Part shown: in pieces, positions 25,764 through 33,557 of the stretch
Layout of the letters: each line of letters begins with the position of its first letter
How positions within the stretch are numbered: the first letter of the stretch is position 1
IMG/VR virus record: IMGVR_UViG_3300042883_000524
Location: 1-34,243 of that record
Direction: 5' to 3' (one strand)
Length of the DNA: 34,243 nt
Origin: a virus
Lineage: Duplodnaviria > Caudoviricetes
Translations under genes and position numbers: made by a program
Notes under the pieces: generated by a model
What the model saw: the letters and a program-made list of their open reading frames with translations, nothing else
Told to the model about the DNA's origin: nothing
The model's database searches: none

Positions 25764-26358
25764 ATTGAAAATCCCAATCTTTTAACTTTCTAAATCTTGT
25801 AGTTATTTTATTTAGTCTATTAGATATTAACTCTCTATCTACATTAAAATGTTTAGATGTATCCATTAAGTTTAATATCAATTCCTCTCCAGTAATTATG
25901 TTTAAACTTTTTATCTTAATAGATTTAGGATTATCAAAACCACTCATTTTATATTTAGGTTTGATTCCTTTTAACTTCATTGTTTGGCTAGTTTGTACCC
26001 TTACTGATTCAGGTATAACTTTGCCAATATTACCCCGTCTTATTTTTTCTATAGATTCTTTAGAGTAAACCTTAATACTATCTTTTGTATCTGTAAGCAT
26101 ACAATTTAACCCCCCATTTAAGACATCGTAAAAGTCTTGATAATATCTTTCTCTTTCGTTCAGCAATTCAACACCACATTCTTCAACTATTTCAAAAGTA
26201 TGATTTTCTATACCATGCTTTTTAAATGAATGATGTAGCATTATCTGACCTCTTGTTTGACTAATACTTTTATAGTTCTTAAATCTTCTTTCTATATTAA
26301 TAGATTGACCTATGTAAACTTTATTACTTGGAGAAGTTATCTTGTATATTCCTATCAT
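25756..26358 (-). CDS. GIY-YIG homing endonuclease
   Basis: GIYKITSPSNKVYIGQS...RR...ERERYYQ...GLN; NUMOD3-like middle region. Confidence 0.92.
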   Translation of the reverse strand: MIGIYKITSPSNKVYIGQSINIERRFKNYKSISQTRGQIMLHHSFKKHGIENHTFEIVEECGVELLNERERYYQDFYDVLNGGLNCMLTDTKDSIKVYSKESIEKIRRGNIGKVIPESVRVQTSQTMKLKGIKPKYKMSGFDNPKSIKIKSLNIITGEELILNLMDTSKHFNVDRELISNRLNKITTRFRKLKDWDFQYV

Positions 26359-26630
26359 TCTTTAAAGTTAACAATATCTTTTATATTGAAGTCAACTCCA
26401 GTAATATTTATATCGTTTTCTACTCGTTCTTTAGGTTTACCATAAGAGTATTCAATAATAATCTTTGATGCACTAATCTTATCTGTGTCTTTTGATTTAT
26501 CGCTTACTACTATATTAGCTAGGCATTGTATTGCATCTAGTGAATAAGGCATCATTAAATCCCTAATTCTATTCTCTTCATCTTTTGGTTTTCGACCTGC
26601 TCCTGGTCTTGCTCCTCCTGGTCCTGCCAT
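26355..26630 (-). CDS. terS: terminase small subunit
   Basis: GGARPGAGRKPK N-terminus and IIEYSYGKP; upstream of terL. Confidence 0.75.
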   Translation of the reverse strand: MAGPGGARPGAGRKPKDEENRIRDLMMPYSLDAIQCLANIVVSDKSKDTDKISASKIIIEYSYGKPKERVENDINITGVDFNIKDIVNFKE

Positions 26631-26713
26631 TTGATTTTGTATTGGTTAATCAATTAAGGCAAACTACAAAAAAGAATCTGCCTGTATTTATTACTTGTAT
26701 TATATCTTGTTGA

Positions 26714-26914
26714 TTAGTCATTACAATGTACTTTTACTGCTACTTTATCATTATCGTATATCTTATCATATTCTAGTTTGTAGCCTTTATATTTAAAGCC
26801 CATTTCTTTTGCTTCTTCTTTAAACTCAATGCCATACTTTATCCATTCTACACTGTCGTTTTCACTTATATCTTCAAACATAGAATCTAAGCAATCAATT
26901 ATTGTACGTTTCAT
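26714..26914 (-). CDS. hypothetical protein
   Basis: 66-aa ORF overlapping the upstream gene. Confidence 0.6.
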   Translation of the reverse strand: MKRTIIDCLDSMFEDISENDSVEWIKYGIEFKEEAKEMGFKYKGYKLEYDKIYDNDKVAVKVHCND

Positions 26915-27257
26915 ATACTTTCTTTAGGTCATTATATTGATCTCTCAAACAAGAAGCACAAGAAGTATATTCTAATCGTCCCGTTTGGAATACTCTATTG
27001 TGTGTTCTTTGCATTAACATAGAATCTACTAAGGATGTCTCTGCTTTCTTTAATCCTCCTTCACTAAGCCATAGATATTCATCTTCATTAAGACAAAGTG
27101 GTTTCTTTCTATATGACCAAAGCTCGTTTAGTTTTGCTTTACGTTCATCACATTTACAATCCTCTCCTAATATAAACTTTGCCACCTTATCTATCCCTGT
27201 TGCTTGAAGTACGTTCTCTATTGTATCCCCTAGTCCTGTTGCTTTTCTTTTAGCCAT
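26895..27257 (-). CDS. Cys-containing hypothetical protein
   Basis: GLGDTIE...CKCDERKAKLN...CASC; overlaps the end of the sigma gene. Confidence 0.75.
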   Translation of the reverse strand: MAKRKATGLGDTIENVLQATGIDKVAKFILGEDCKCDERKAKLNELWSYRKKPLCLNEDEYLWLSEGGLKKAETSLVDSMLMQRTHNRVFQTGRLEYTSCASCLRDQYNDLKKVYETYNN

Positions 27258-27754
27258 TCGTAATCTTCGTTTAAATAATCTTGATAGTCTTCAATAAGTA
27301 AACTCTGTAAGTGTGTTTTTGTTCTATTGGTGGTGTAGAATATACAAGAAAGCGATATACCAGTCTCTTTTGATAGCTGTCTCATTGACTTACCACTTGT
27401 AACGTAAAGTTCGAATAACATTTTATCAAACCAATCGACGTTGTTAAGTTCGTCTCTAACGCGTTTATTTAACTCTTCGTATGCAATTATACTTTCGGTC
27501 TCACAAGCAGCTTCAGAAACGGTCTTATCTAGTTCAAACGTCAACGGTTCTTTCTTTAGGAAGTCAAAGTAAATGTTTCGCAAAGTAATCCATACGAATG
27601 CTGACGTTATCTTTTGGTCAGGCTTGATGTATTTATCTAGGCGAAGGTACATTTCCTGAACAATATCTTCTGCCTCTGTTTTAGCACCAAAAGACCGAGC
27701 GATATTCACCCAGTCCTTATGTTTTTGTGCTATTATTTCTATTTGCTTATTCAT
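27230..27754 (-). CDS. ECF-type (sigma70 group 4-like) RNA polymerase sigma factor
   Basis: Region 2 AEDIVQEMYLRL...FVWITLRNIYFDFLKK; region 4 HTH GKSMRQLSKETGISLSCIF; start at ATG 27754, coupled to the SSB stop. Confidence 0.85.
   Translation of the reverse strand: MNKQIEIIAQKHKDWVNIARSFGAKTEAEDIVQEMYLRLDKYIKPDQKITSAFVWITLRNIYFDFLKKEPLTFELDKTVSEAACETESIIAYEELNKRVRDELNNVDWFDKMLFELYVTSGKSMRQLSKETGISLSCIFYTTNRTKTHLQSLLIEDYQDYLNEDYEWLKEKQQD
27301..27322 (-). promoter_or_regulatory. possible late promoter ACAA-N14-AGTT inside the 3' end of the sigma gene
   Basis: GAACAAAAACACACTTACAGAGTTT, upstream of the packaging genes. Confidence 0.45.
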
Positions 27755-28014
27755 TTGGATATCTTCCAACTTGATAGGTTGTTGAACTTCCTACCATCTG
27801 CTGAAGTATATACTCTTGAATTGTATTCTACACTAACTTCATCTTCAATCATATTGAATTTAAAAAAGTTCTCTACCTTTTCATTTCCATATACGTCTAA
27901 CACTAATGAATTTGGATATGTACCTTCTAATTCTGTTACTTCGAATGATACTCTGTTTTCTTTTCCTGTGTTTTGAATCTCACCAATCCAACTAATTCTT
28001 CCTTTAATTTCCAT
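27751..28014 (-). CDS. single-stranded DNA-binding protein (DUF3127-like OB fold)
   Basis: MEIKGRI...YPNSL...DEVSVEYNSR...FNNLSSWKI. Confidence 0.75.
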   Translation of the reverse strand: MEIKGRISWIGEIQNTGKENRVSFEVTELEGTYPNSLVLDVYGNEKVENFFKFNMIEDEVSVEYNSRVYTSADGRKFNNLSSWKISK

Positions 28015-28017
28015 TTC

Positions 28018-28191
28018 TTAATCTTCTTTTAATAAATCTTCTATTGTTTTTTTTGTATTTAGCAAGTAGCCGATAAGACGTGTTATCGATGTATTGTTTT
28101 GCACTGCTGCCATTTGTAATCTCTTCTTTTCCTCTGGTGTCAAACGCAAAAGGAAATGCGATGTTGATTTTTGTTCTAATTCTACTTTCAT
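28018..28191 (-). CDS. ribbon-helix-helix DNA-binding protein (57 aa)
   Basis: MKVELEQKSTSHFLLRLTPEEKKRLQMAAVQNNTSITRLIGYLL..., an Arc/CopG-type pattern; below the ORF-track cutoff. Confidence 0.75.
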   Translation of the reverse strand: MKVELEQKSTSHFLLRLTPEEKKRLQMAAVQNNTSITRLIGYLLNTKKTIEDLLKED

Positions 28192-28194
28192 ATT

Positions 28195-28329
28195 TTAACA
28201 ATTTTTATTTGGATTCATTAGTAAATCTATAGCCCAATCATACTCGCTATGGTCTTCTGTAAAATTAGATTGCAAATAACCATTTTCCCAAAGCGTGTAT
28301 AGTATTGCGTGTGCTTGTTCTTCTTTCAT
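28195..28329 (-). CDS. small acidic protein (44 aa)
   Basis: MKEEQAHAILYTLWENGYLQSNFTEDHSEYDWAIDLLMNPNKNC. Confidence 0.55.
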   Translation of the reverse strand: MKEEQAHAILYTLWENGYLQSNFTEDHSEYDWAIDLLMNPNKNC

Positions 28330-28357
28330 TCTTTTTAATTTTCGTCTAATATAAGTA

Positions 28358-28690
28358 TTATTTATTTAACTGCGACTTAATTTCCTTTAATTTTTCTATG
28401 TATAAGGTCGCGTCAAAAAGCTCTTCTTGAAGATGCTGTAGAAAGTCATCGGTGTTATTTTCTTCTAGTGTTGTTCCGTACTTCGCTATTCCTACTTCCG
28501 ACCTTGTTTTGTATGCTTCAATAACCTTTGCTACGATAGCATCTTTTGGTGTGAAGTAGTCCTTGCTAAGTTGGTATAGATCGTCTCGCATTACTTTGTT
28601 TTCTGACTCTACTCTTTTAAATTCTTGAAACAATGATACGTTTAATTGCTGCTCAAATTTATAAGCTTGCTTTAATTCTTTCTTTGTCAT
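28358..28690 (-). CDS. all-alpha NTP-pyrophosphatase-like protein
   Basis: GIAKYGTTLE...HLQEELFDATLY (EExxD motif). Confidence 0.55.
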   Translation of the reverse strand: MTKKELKQAYKFEQQLNVSLFQEFKRVESENKVMRDDLYQLSKDYFTPKDAIVAKVIEAYKTRSEVGIAKYGTTLEENNTDDFLQHLQEELFDATLYIEKLKEIKSQLNK

Positions 28691-28691
28691 G

Positions 28692-28976
28692 TTATTCTTT
28701 TATGAATGATCCGTTAATTGTTTTACCCTTTCTATTCTTTATCTCATCGTATGCACATTGTAAGCACGTATCTAAATCAAATCCTAATTGTTCTGCTAGT
28801 ATGATAAGTACTACTTGGATATCTCCTAGTGCGTCAATTTGTTCTGCTTCGTTACGATTCAACATTGCATTACTAAGCTCTCCAACTTCTTCTACTAGCT
28901 TCATAAATTGTTGTGGCGCTATTTGTGGATTTAACAATCCTTTTGGTTCTGCCCAATCTAAAATTTTTTCTTTCAT
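28692..28976 (-). CDS. MazG-like nucleotide pyrophosphohydrolase
   Basis: KLVEEVGEL...DALGDIQVVL...AYDEIKNRKG. Confidence 0.88.
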   Translation of the reverse strand: MKEKILDWAEPKGLLNPQIAPQQFMKLVEEVGELSNAMLNRNEAEQIDALGDIQVVLIILAEQLGFDLDTCLQCAYDEIKNRKGKTINGSFIKE

Positions 28977-29125
28977 CTTATAGTTATGTTTTTATGTTGT
29001 GTTAATATTTCGTCTATTATATTTCTAACATCGGTAATCAACCATTTGGTGTAATTGTCCAATTCATGAAATTCATACCCTTTCTTTTCAAGTTCTCTAA
29101 TAATTTTCTTTGTTGTTATCTTCAT
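28973..29125 (-). CDS. small protein (50 aa), paralog of 5472-5618
   Basis: MKITTKKIIRELEKKGYEFHELDNYTKWLITDVRNIIDEILTQHKNITIR; ATGA-coupled on both sides. Confidence 0.75.
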   Translation of the reverse strand: MKITTKKIIRELEKKGYEFHELDNYTKWLITDVRNIIDEILTQHKNITIR

Positions 29126-29445
29126 TTTACTACTTTTATTTTAATATTTATTACTCCTTTCTCTAATTCTGCTATTTGTTCAAATGCTTTCTTGGATAAA
29201 TCCAAAGTTACTTTGCTAAATGATCCTTTGTCATTTATCTTTACAATTACCGATTTATTATTTTCTATATTCGTAATCTTTAATCTAGTTCCTATTGGAT
29301 AAACATTTGAAGCAGCTGTTAATTTGTTTTCATTATAAATTTCACCGCTGTAAGTTGTTTTACCATGGAATGAAGAATGATAATAGCTAGCCTTAAAACT
29401 TGTCAAACAAAAATAACACATTATAATTAAACTTATTTTTTTCAT
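29122..29445 (-). CDS. RlpA-like (DPBB) lytic transglycosylase with a signal peptide
   Basis: ASYY...FHGKTTYSGE...LTAAS...PIGT...VIVKINDKG...LDLSKKAF; N-terminal MKK plus hydrophobic stretch. Confidence 0.88.
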   Translation of the reverse strand: MKKISLIIMCYFCLTSFKASYYHSSFHGKTTYSGEIYNENKLTAASNVYPIGTRLKITNIENNKSVIVKINDKGSFSKVTLDLSKKAFEQIAELEKGVINIKIKVVK

Positions 29446-29960
29446 TTTATTTCTTTTAATTTATTTTGATATGTTAAATGAGCATCATATTCATTAGTGA
29501 AATACCCTAGCTTATATCTTTTTTTATTAATACATATTTGTGCAAGCCACTTTTTATTTGCTTTAGCCCAACTAACACCAGTATATTTAGATGTGCCTTT
29601 CCCTAATCTTGATTTAGAACAATTTTCACGATTAGTAATTAATTGTAGATTTTCTAATCTATTGTCAGTTTTTACATCGTTAATATGATCAACTACTATT
29701 TTGTGACCGCATGGAGTATGGTTAAGAAAAGCCATTGCCATTGCTTGATGTATAACAATTGTTTTTCTAATAGATTTTATTGAAACTCTTACAAATGGAT
29801 ACCCTCTTGATTTACATAAATTATGGTTTAATATTAATTCTTTTGTAAAATAATTGCCTTTAATATTACTTGTTAATCTAGACAAACTCTTAATCCGTCC
29901 TAAGTTACTAACTTGATACAATCCTTCATATCCAATTACATCTTTCCAAATTTCATTCAT
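29442..29960 (-). CDS. NUMOD4-HNH-AP2 homing endonuclease
   Basis: EIWKDVIGYEGLYQVSNLGRIKS; VDHINDVKTDNRLENL...N; SKYTGVSW...KW.AQI...LGYF. Confidence 0.92.
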   Translation of the reverse strand: MNEIWKDVIGYEGLYQVSNLGRIKSLSRLTSNIKGNYFTKELILNHNLCKSRGYPFVRVSIKSIRKTIVIHQAMAMAFLNHTPCGHKIVVDHINDVKTDNRLENLQLITNRENCSKSRLGKGTSKYTGVSWAKANKKWLAQICINKKRYKLGYFTNEYDAHLTYQNKLKEIK

Positions 29961-30056
29961 GTTTTTTATACGTTTAATTAGCGTTTAAAAGAAACAAGGA
30001 AAACGTAAACGCTTCGTCTTTCAGTTAGCCAATTACCTCTAACCTATCCTTGCTTA
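29961..30056 (-). ncRNA. putative structured 5' leader of the HNH gene
   Basis: Three helices around a junction plus an 8-nt loop/downstream complement (see findings). Confidence 0.4.
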
Positions 30057-30064
30057 CAAATATA
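30057..30064 (-). promoter_or_regulatory. Bacteroidota -7 promoter element
   Basis: TATATTTG in the intergenic region upstream of the HNH leader. Confidence 0.65.
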
Positions 30065-30074
30065 CTAATTATTC

Positions 30075-30311
30075 TTATAATCCTTTGATTTTATCTACTA
30101 CTTTATGTAAATTTTTACAGATATAGATATAATTATCTGACTGCTTTACATTCATGACTTCGGTTAATGCTTCTACATTGCTCTCTATCAATTCTAAAAC
30201 TGGTTTATTTGCTTGAACAAATACATTATCTACTGGCATTTGTTCTAGTATCTCAAGCATTACTTGTTGTAAGCATAACACTTGAGTAGCTTGTTTAATT
30301 ACATTACTCAT
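30075..30311 (-). CDS. hypothetical protein
   Basis: 78-aa helical ORF. Confidence 0.7.
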   Translation of the reverse strand: MSNVIKQATQVLCLQQVMLEILEQMPVDNVFVQANKPVLELIESNVEALTEVMNVKQSDNYIYICKNLHKVVDKIKGL

Positions 30312-30460
30312 ATTTTCCTATAATTTTCTTCAAAAGATTTTTTACTTAAAACAATATCAAGTCCGCGTTCAGGCTTTACCCTTACAAATCGTTCACTAAG
30401 TAGAACCAATGTCACTACCTTTTTGTCGCGCTTATCGTAGTAGATTGCTGATTCTTTCAT
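30308..30460 (-). CDS. small basic protein (50 aa)
   Basis: MKESAIYYDKRDKKVVTLVLLSERFVRVKPERG...; ATGA-coupled to the next gene. Confidence 0.55.
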   Translation of the reverse strand: MKESAIYYDKRDKKVVTLVLLSERFVRVKPERGLDIVLSKKSFEENYRKI

Positions 30461-31061
30461 CGTATTTTTTTAAAAATGCTCTACAATTCAAAACCTTCTC
30501 TTGCATTGCTAAAATCATTGATTCGTCGTATTCCAAGTCAAATGCAAAGAATCGTTGCTCAATTGGAAGGTGTGAGTAAAATATATCCTCACCATAGTTA
30601 GCTTCAGCTGGTGTGTCTAACATTACATAGACTAACTTCGCTTTCTTTACACCTGTCAAATGCATGTATACTTGTAATTGTGCTTCATAGTCTTTATTAA
30701 TTGGTGACGTTACAGCATCTAAAAACGTGGTGTAGTCCCAACTGCATTTGGTGTCGATAACTAACTCATCCGTGTAAACATCTGGTGTACCTTGGAAATG
30801 CTCATCGTTGAAGTGTACTAAGTTCTTTTCTAAAATACCTAAACCTAATCGTTCTGCAGCAATATCAATAGCATCTGCTTCACACATATTTCCTTTATCG
30901 AAATACTTAGATCTAATATCTTCACGAACTCCTGACTTCTGTTCTGCATACCACTTCTTTAAGTGGGTAGTCATTGCAGCACCTAACTTTAACTCATCTT
31001 TACCATTCGTTAAAAGCAATCCTGACGCGGAAGCTCTGTGTTTGTACATCTTACTTTCCAT
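30432..31061 (-). CDS. YqaJ/lambda-exonuclease-like recombination nuclease
   Basis: RASAS, KGNMCE, GTPD, IDTKCSW and YEAQLQVYM (PD-(D/E)xK). Confidence 0.85.
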   Translation of the reverse strand: MESKMYKHRASASGLLLTNGKDELKLGAAMTTHLKKWYAEQKSGVREDIRSKYFDKGNMCEADAIDIAAERLGLGILEKNLVHFNDEHFQGTPDVYTDELVIDTKCSWDYTTFLDAVTSPINKDYEAQLQVYMHLTGVKKAKLVYVMLDTPAEANYGEDIFYSHLPIEQRFFAFDLEYDESMILAMQEKVLNCRAFLKKYDERISNLLR

Positions 31062-31572
31062 CGTTCAATAATTTAGCAACTGCATCAGTCACGTTATACT
31101 TCGTTTTAACTTGTTCTATTGTATAATTACCACCTTGTAATGCTTTCTTAACTGCTTCAAAGTTTGGTGTGTTTGGCTCTAGGCTTGGTAATGCTTTGAA
31201 TCCTATTACTCTAATACCTCCAACAATCTTACCCATCATTCTAATTGTTTCATCGTGGTATAGTTCAATTTTATATCCTATCCAATTACCAATGTTACGA
31301 CTATCAATTAGTGACAAACCTTTCTCTAGTACTAAGTTTTGACTGATCTGCTTTCTATTGGAAGAATTAACCACCATGTCCATTACATCTTCAACGAACT
31401 CTAGGAAGTAACCATCCGTTCTATTTCCTGATACGTCTACACCTTTAGAGTAATACGCATCTTTGATTGTAAGTACGCACTTACCTTTCTCTGCTGTGAT
31501 TATCGAAACATCAACTCCAGCCAAATGACTATGCTTACGATATTTCATTGCGTCTATTCCGTGTTCTTTCAT
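31051..31572 (-). CDS. putative ssDNA-binding/annealing recombination protein
   Basis: Adjacent to the exonuclease; beta-rich N-domain plus a short helical C-domain; mostly a positional inference. Confidence 0.45.
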   Translation of the reverse strand: MKEHGIDAMKYRKHSHLAGVDVSIITAEKGKCVLTIKDAYYSKGVDVSGNRTDGYFLEFVEDVMDMVVNSSNRKQISQNLVLEKGLSLIDSRNIGNWIGYKIELYHDETIRMMGKIVGGIRVIGFKALPSLEPNTPNFEAVKKALQGGNYTIEQVKTKYNVTDAVAKLLNDGK

Positions 31573-31574
31573 GA

Positions 31575-31766
31575 CTATTTATTTTTAAGGTATATTTCTT
31601 GTATTTCTGATTCACTAAACTCCCACATTAAGTACTGCAATAAATCCATTGCTAGTGATACTTGTTGTGGTTTGGTGTTAACTTCTTCACCTAATATGTA
31701 ACCAAGTCTTTTGATTACTTTTAGATTAGCTTCATGCTTATCCGTTAAATCTGCTACTATTTTCAT
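31575..31766 (-). CDS. hypothetical protein
   Basis: 63-aa ORF in the early operon. Confidence 0.65.
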   Translation of the reverse strand: MKIVADLTDKHEANLKVIKRLGYILGEEVNTKPQQVSLAMDLLQYLMWEFSESEIQEIYLKNK

Positions 31767-31912
31767 AATTTCTTTAAATGATTAATAAATTTTTGTATCT
31801 CGTTAATAATAAATATTTGTCCATCTGATCGTTCTTTAGTGTATTTATTTTCTTTATCTAAAATTGTTAGATACCCATCTAATAATTTCTCTACTTTTTC
31901 TAAGTCAGTCAT
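31763..31912 (-). CDS. small hypothetical protein (49 aa)
   Basis: MTDLEKVEKLLDGYLTILDKENK...NHLKKL; ATGA-coupled. Confidence 0.6.
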   Translation of the reverse strand: MTDLEKVEKLLDGYLTILDKENKYTKERSDGQIFIINEIQKFINHLKKL

Positions 31913-31913
31913 G

Positions 31914-32027
31914 TTATCTATCGTTTAATCGTTCAAACTCATAATCTTCATCTATCTCGAAATAATCGTCTTCAAGATGTGCATCTAATTGCTGTGACCA
32001 ATAAAGGTCGAAATTCAAATCTTCCAT
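31914..32027 (-). CDS. very acidic micro-protein (37 aa)
   Basis: MEDLNFDLYWSQQLDAHLEDDYFEIDEDYEFERLNDR; first ORF after the promoter. Confidence 0.65.
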   Translation of the reverse strand: MEDLNFDLYWSQQLDAHLEDDYFEIDEDYEFERLNDR

Positions 32028-32044
32028 ATCTTTTTCTTTTGTTT

Positions 32045-32085
32045 TACAAATATAACTATTTTATTATAACAATATCACAATTCAA
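32045..32085 (-). promoter_or_regulatory. host-sigma promoter, second copy of the 41-bp element
   Basis: TATATTTG at 32047-32054; 35/41 identical to 6545-6585. Confidence 0.75.
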
Positions 32086-32347
32086 TAATTATTTTTTGAA
32101 ATTCTTTTAGGTCTCGAATAATAAAATATTTAAAACCTTGCTTAATCAATTCACTTTCAACGTATTTCTGTAACTCTGACTGCTTCCCGATAGCTGTTTT
32201 AAATTCAACAAAGAACGTTTTTCCGTCCTTAAAGAAGGTTGCGTCAGGATAACCATTCACATTACATCGAATAACTTTGAGTACAAACCAACCTTGTTTT
32301 TTTGCGTATTGGATGCAACTTGCTTGTATCTTACTTTCTGAAGTCAT
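32075..32347 (-). CDS. VRR-NUC domain nuclease
   Basis: ESKIQ...GYPD...FVEFK...SELQ. Confidence 0.88.
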   Translation of the reverse strand: MTSESKIQASCIQYAKKQGWFVLKVIRCNVNGYPDATFFKDGKTFFVEFKTAIGKQSELQKYVESELIKQGFKYFIIRDLKEFQKIIIEL

Positions 32348-33557
32348 TCTTAAATACGTTTAGTGTGTAGTTCTTTTTATTCATTACTGCTTTGTATATC
32401 TTATCCTCAATACCATTCTTTGCAAAGAACCAATACACATTATTTTCTAGGCGATCCATTGTAGTTAAACGATCGCGACTTTGCCAATAAGATACAGCAC
32501 TAAAATCTATATTGTAGTAAACCAATGAAGACGCTCGAGATAAGTTTACTCCCTCTCTGCCTGATACGATTTGATACGCAATTGACTTGCTTGTCGTATT
32601 GAACTCGTTTAAATCTGTTGTAAGTGTATCTCCAAATATGAATTCTAACGCATCTAATTCAGCTTTAAATTTGTAGAATATTGCAATTTGTCTAGTCTTA
32701 AACATGGTGTAAATACGGATTGCTTTGGAATAGTCTAATACCGATGTATTTCCTGACTCGAATTTAATAGTTCCTGAGTACAACTGATGCAATTTACTCA
32801 TCAATTTAACCGATGTATCACCAAGTATTACTTCTTGCTTGCCTTGAACTACTAAATCATTCTCTAATCGCTTAATTAATGCGTATGTTGATTCCTTCAT
32901 ATCAACGTGTATTATCTTTTCGTTGATTGTTGAGCTGAATCCTGCCTCTTTTTGTGTGTACGTTATCATATATGGTTTAATTACCTGTTCAATTAATTCT
33001 TTTTTACCTCCAGAGTAGTCTTTAATCATGCCATAACCTAGATGCTTTACTTTAATGTCGACAAATACACTAGCCCATTTATAGAATGTAGGGTATTGAT
33101 GAAATGGTGAGAACCTACTAATCCAAAACTGATGGTATATTTGACTGTAGTTCTCAGGATGCGGTGTGCCACTTAAGAATATCAAAGGCAAATGTGAGTA
33201 GCGCTGTTTAAATTCTTTTGCTCCTTTACTTGGCTTTGGAAAACTTCCATACTTATGATTCTCATCACTTATAACTACATCAAAATTACCAGATACTTTA
33301 TGTATTGATTCGGTATTAATAATCGCTAAATAAAAAGAAAACGGCATACTAGCAAAGTCAGACTCTATAGATGACATTGCTTTCTTTTTAGTCACAAATA
33401 AGACCGACTTAGCACCATACAACTCACATACATTTAAAGCTGTTAAAGTCTTACCTAAACGAACTTCCATCGCTAAGTATACTATCTTCTTGTCTCGAAG
33501 TATTTCAACAGCTTTCTTTGATAGGTCTAGTTGGTAGTCACGTAATTGTTTTTTCAT
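32331..33557 (-). CDS. SNF2-like (SF2) helicase
   Basis: LRDYQ, RLGKT, ISDENH, LSGTP, GREGVNL and QSRDR; start ATG 33557 coupled to the MTase stop. Confidence 0.88.
   Translation of the reverse strand: MKKQLRDYQLDLSKKAVEILRDKKIVYLAMEVRLGKTLTALNVCELYGAKSVLFVTKKKAMSSIESDFASMPFSFYLAIINTESIHKVSGNFDVVISDENHKYGSFPKPSKGAKEFKQRYSHLPLIFLSGTPHPENYSQIYHQFWISRFSPFHQYPTFYKWASVFVDIKVKHLGYGMIKDYSGGKKELIEQVIKPYMITYTQKEAGFSSTINEKIIHVDMKESTYALIKRLENDLVVQGKQEVILGDTSVKLMSKLHQLYSGTIKFESGNTSVLDYSKAIRIYTMFKTRQIAIFYKFKAELDALEFIFGDTLTTDLNEFNTTSKSIAYQIVSGREGVNLSRASSLVYYNIDFSAVSYWQSRDRLTTMDRLENNVYWFFAKNGIEDKIYKAVMNKKNYTLNVFKNDFRK

Noticed and set aside
26257-26445. 62-aa ORF over the terS/GIY-YIG junction
   Set aside because: Antisense to two supported genes.
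28004-28201. 65-aa ORF in the track
   Set aside because: Non-ATG start; the alternative frame 28018-28191 gives a clear RHH protein that fits between its neighbours.
30432-31061. Cas4 / CRISPR adaptation role for the exonuclease
   Set aside because: It lacks the C-terminal Fe-S cysteine cluster; motifs and context fit a YqaJ/lambda-type recombination exonuclease.
114-31071. All plus-strand ORFs in the track (e.g. 3869-4201, 14005-14460, 15054-15617, 18047-18427)
   Set aside because: They are antisense shadows of well-supported minus-strand genes and have no recognisable motifs.
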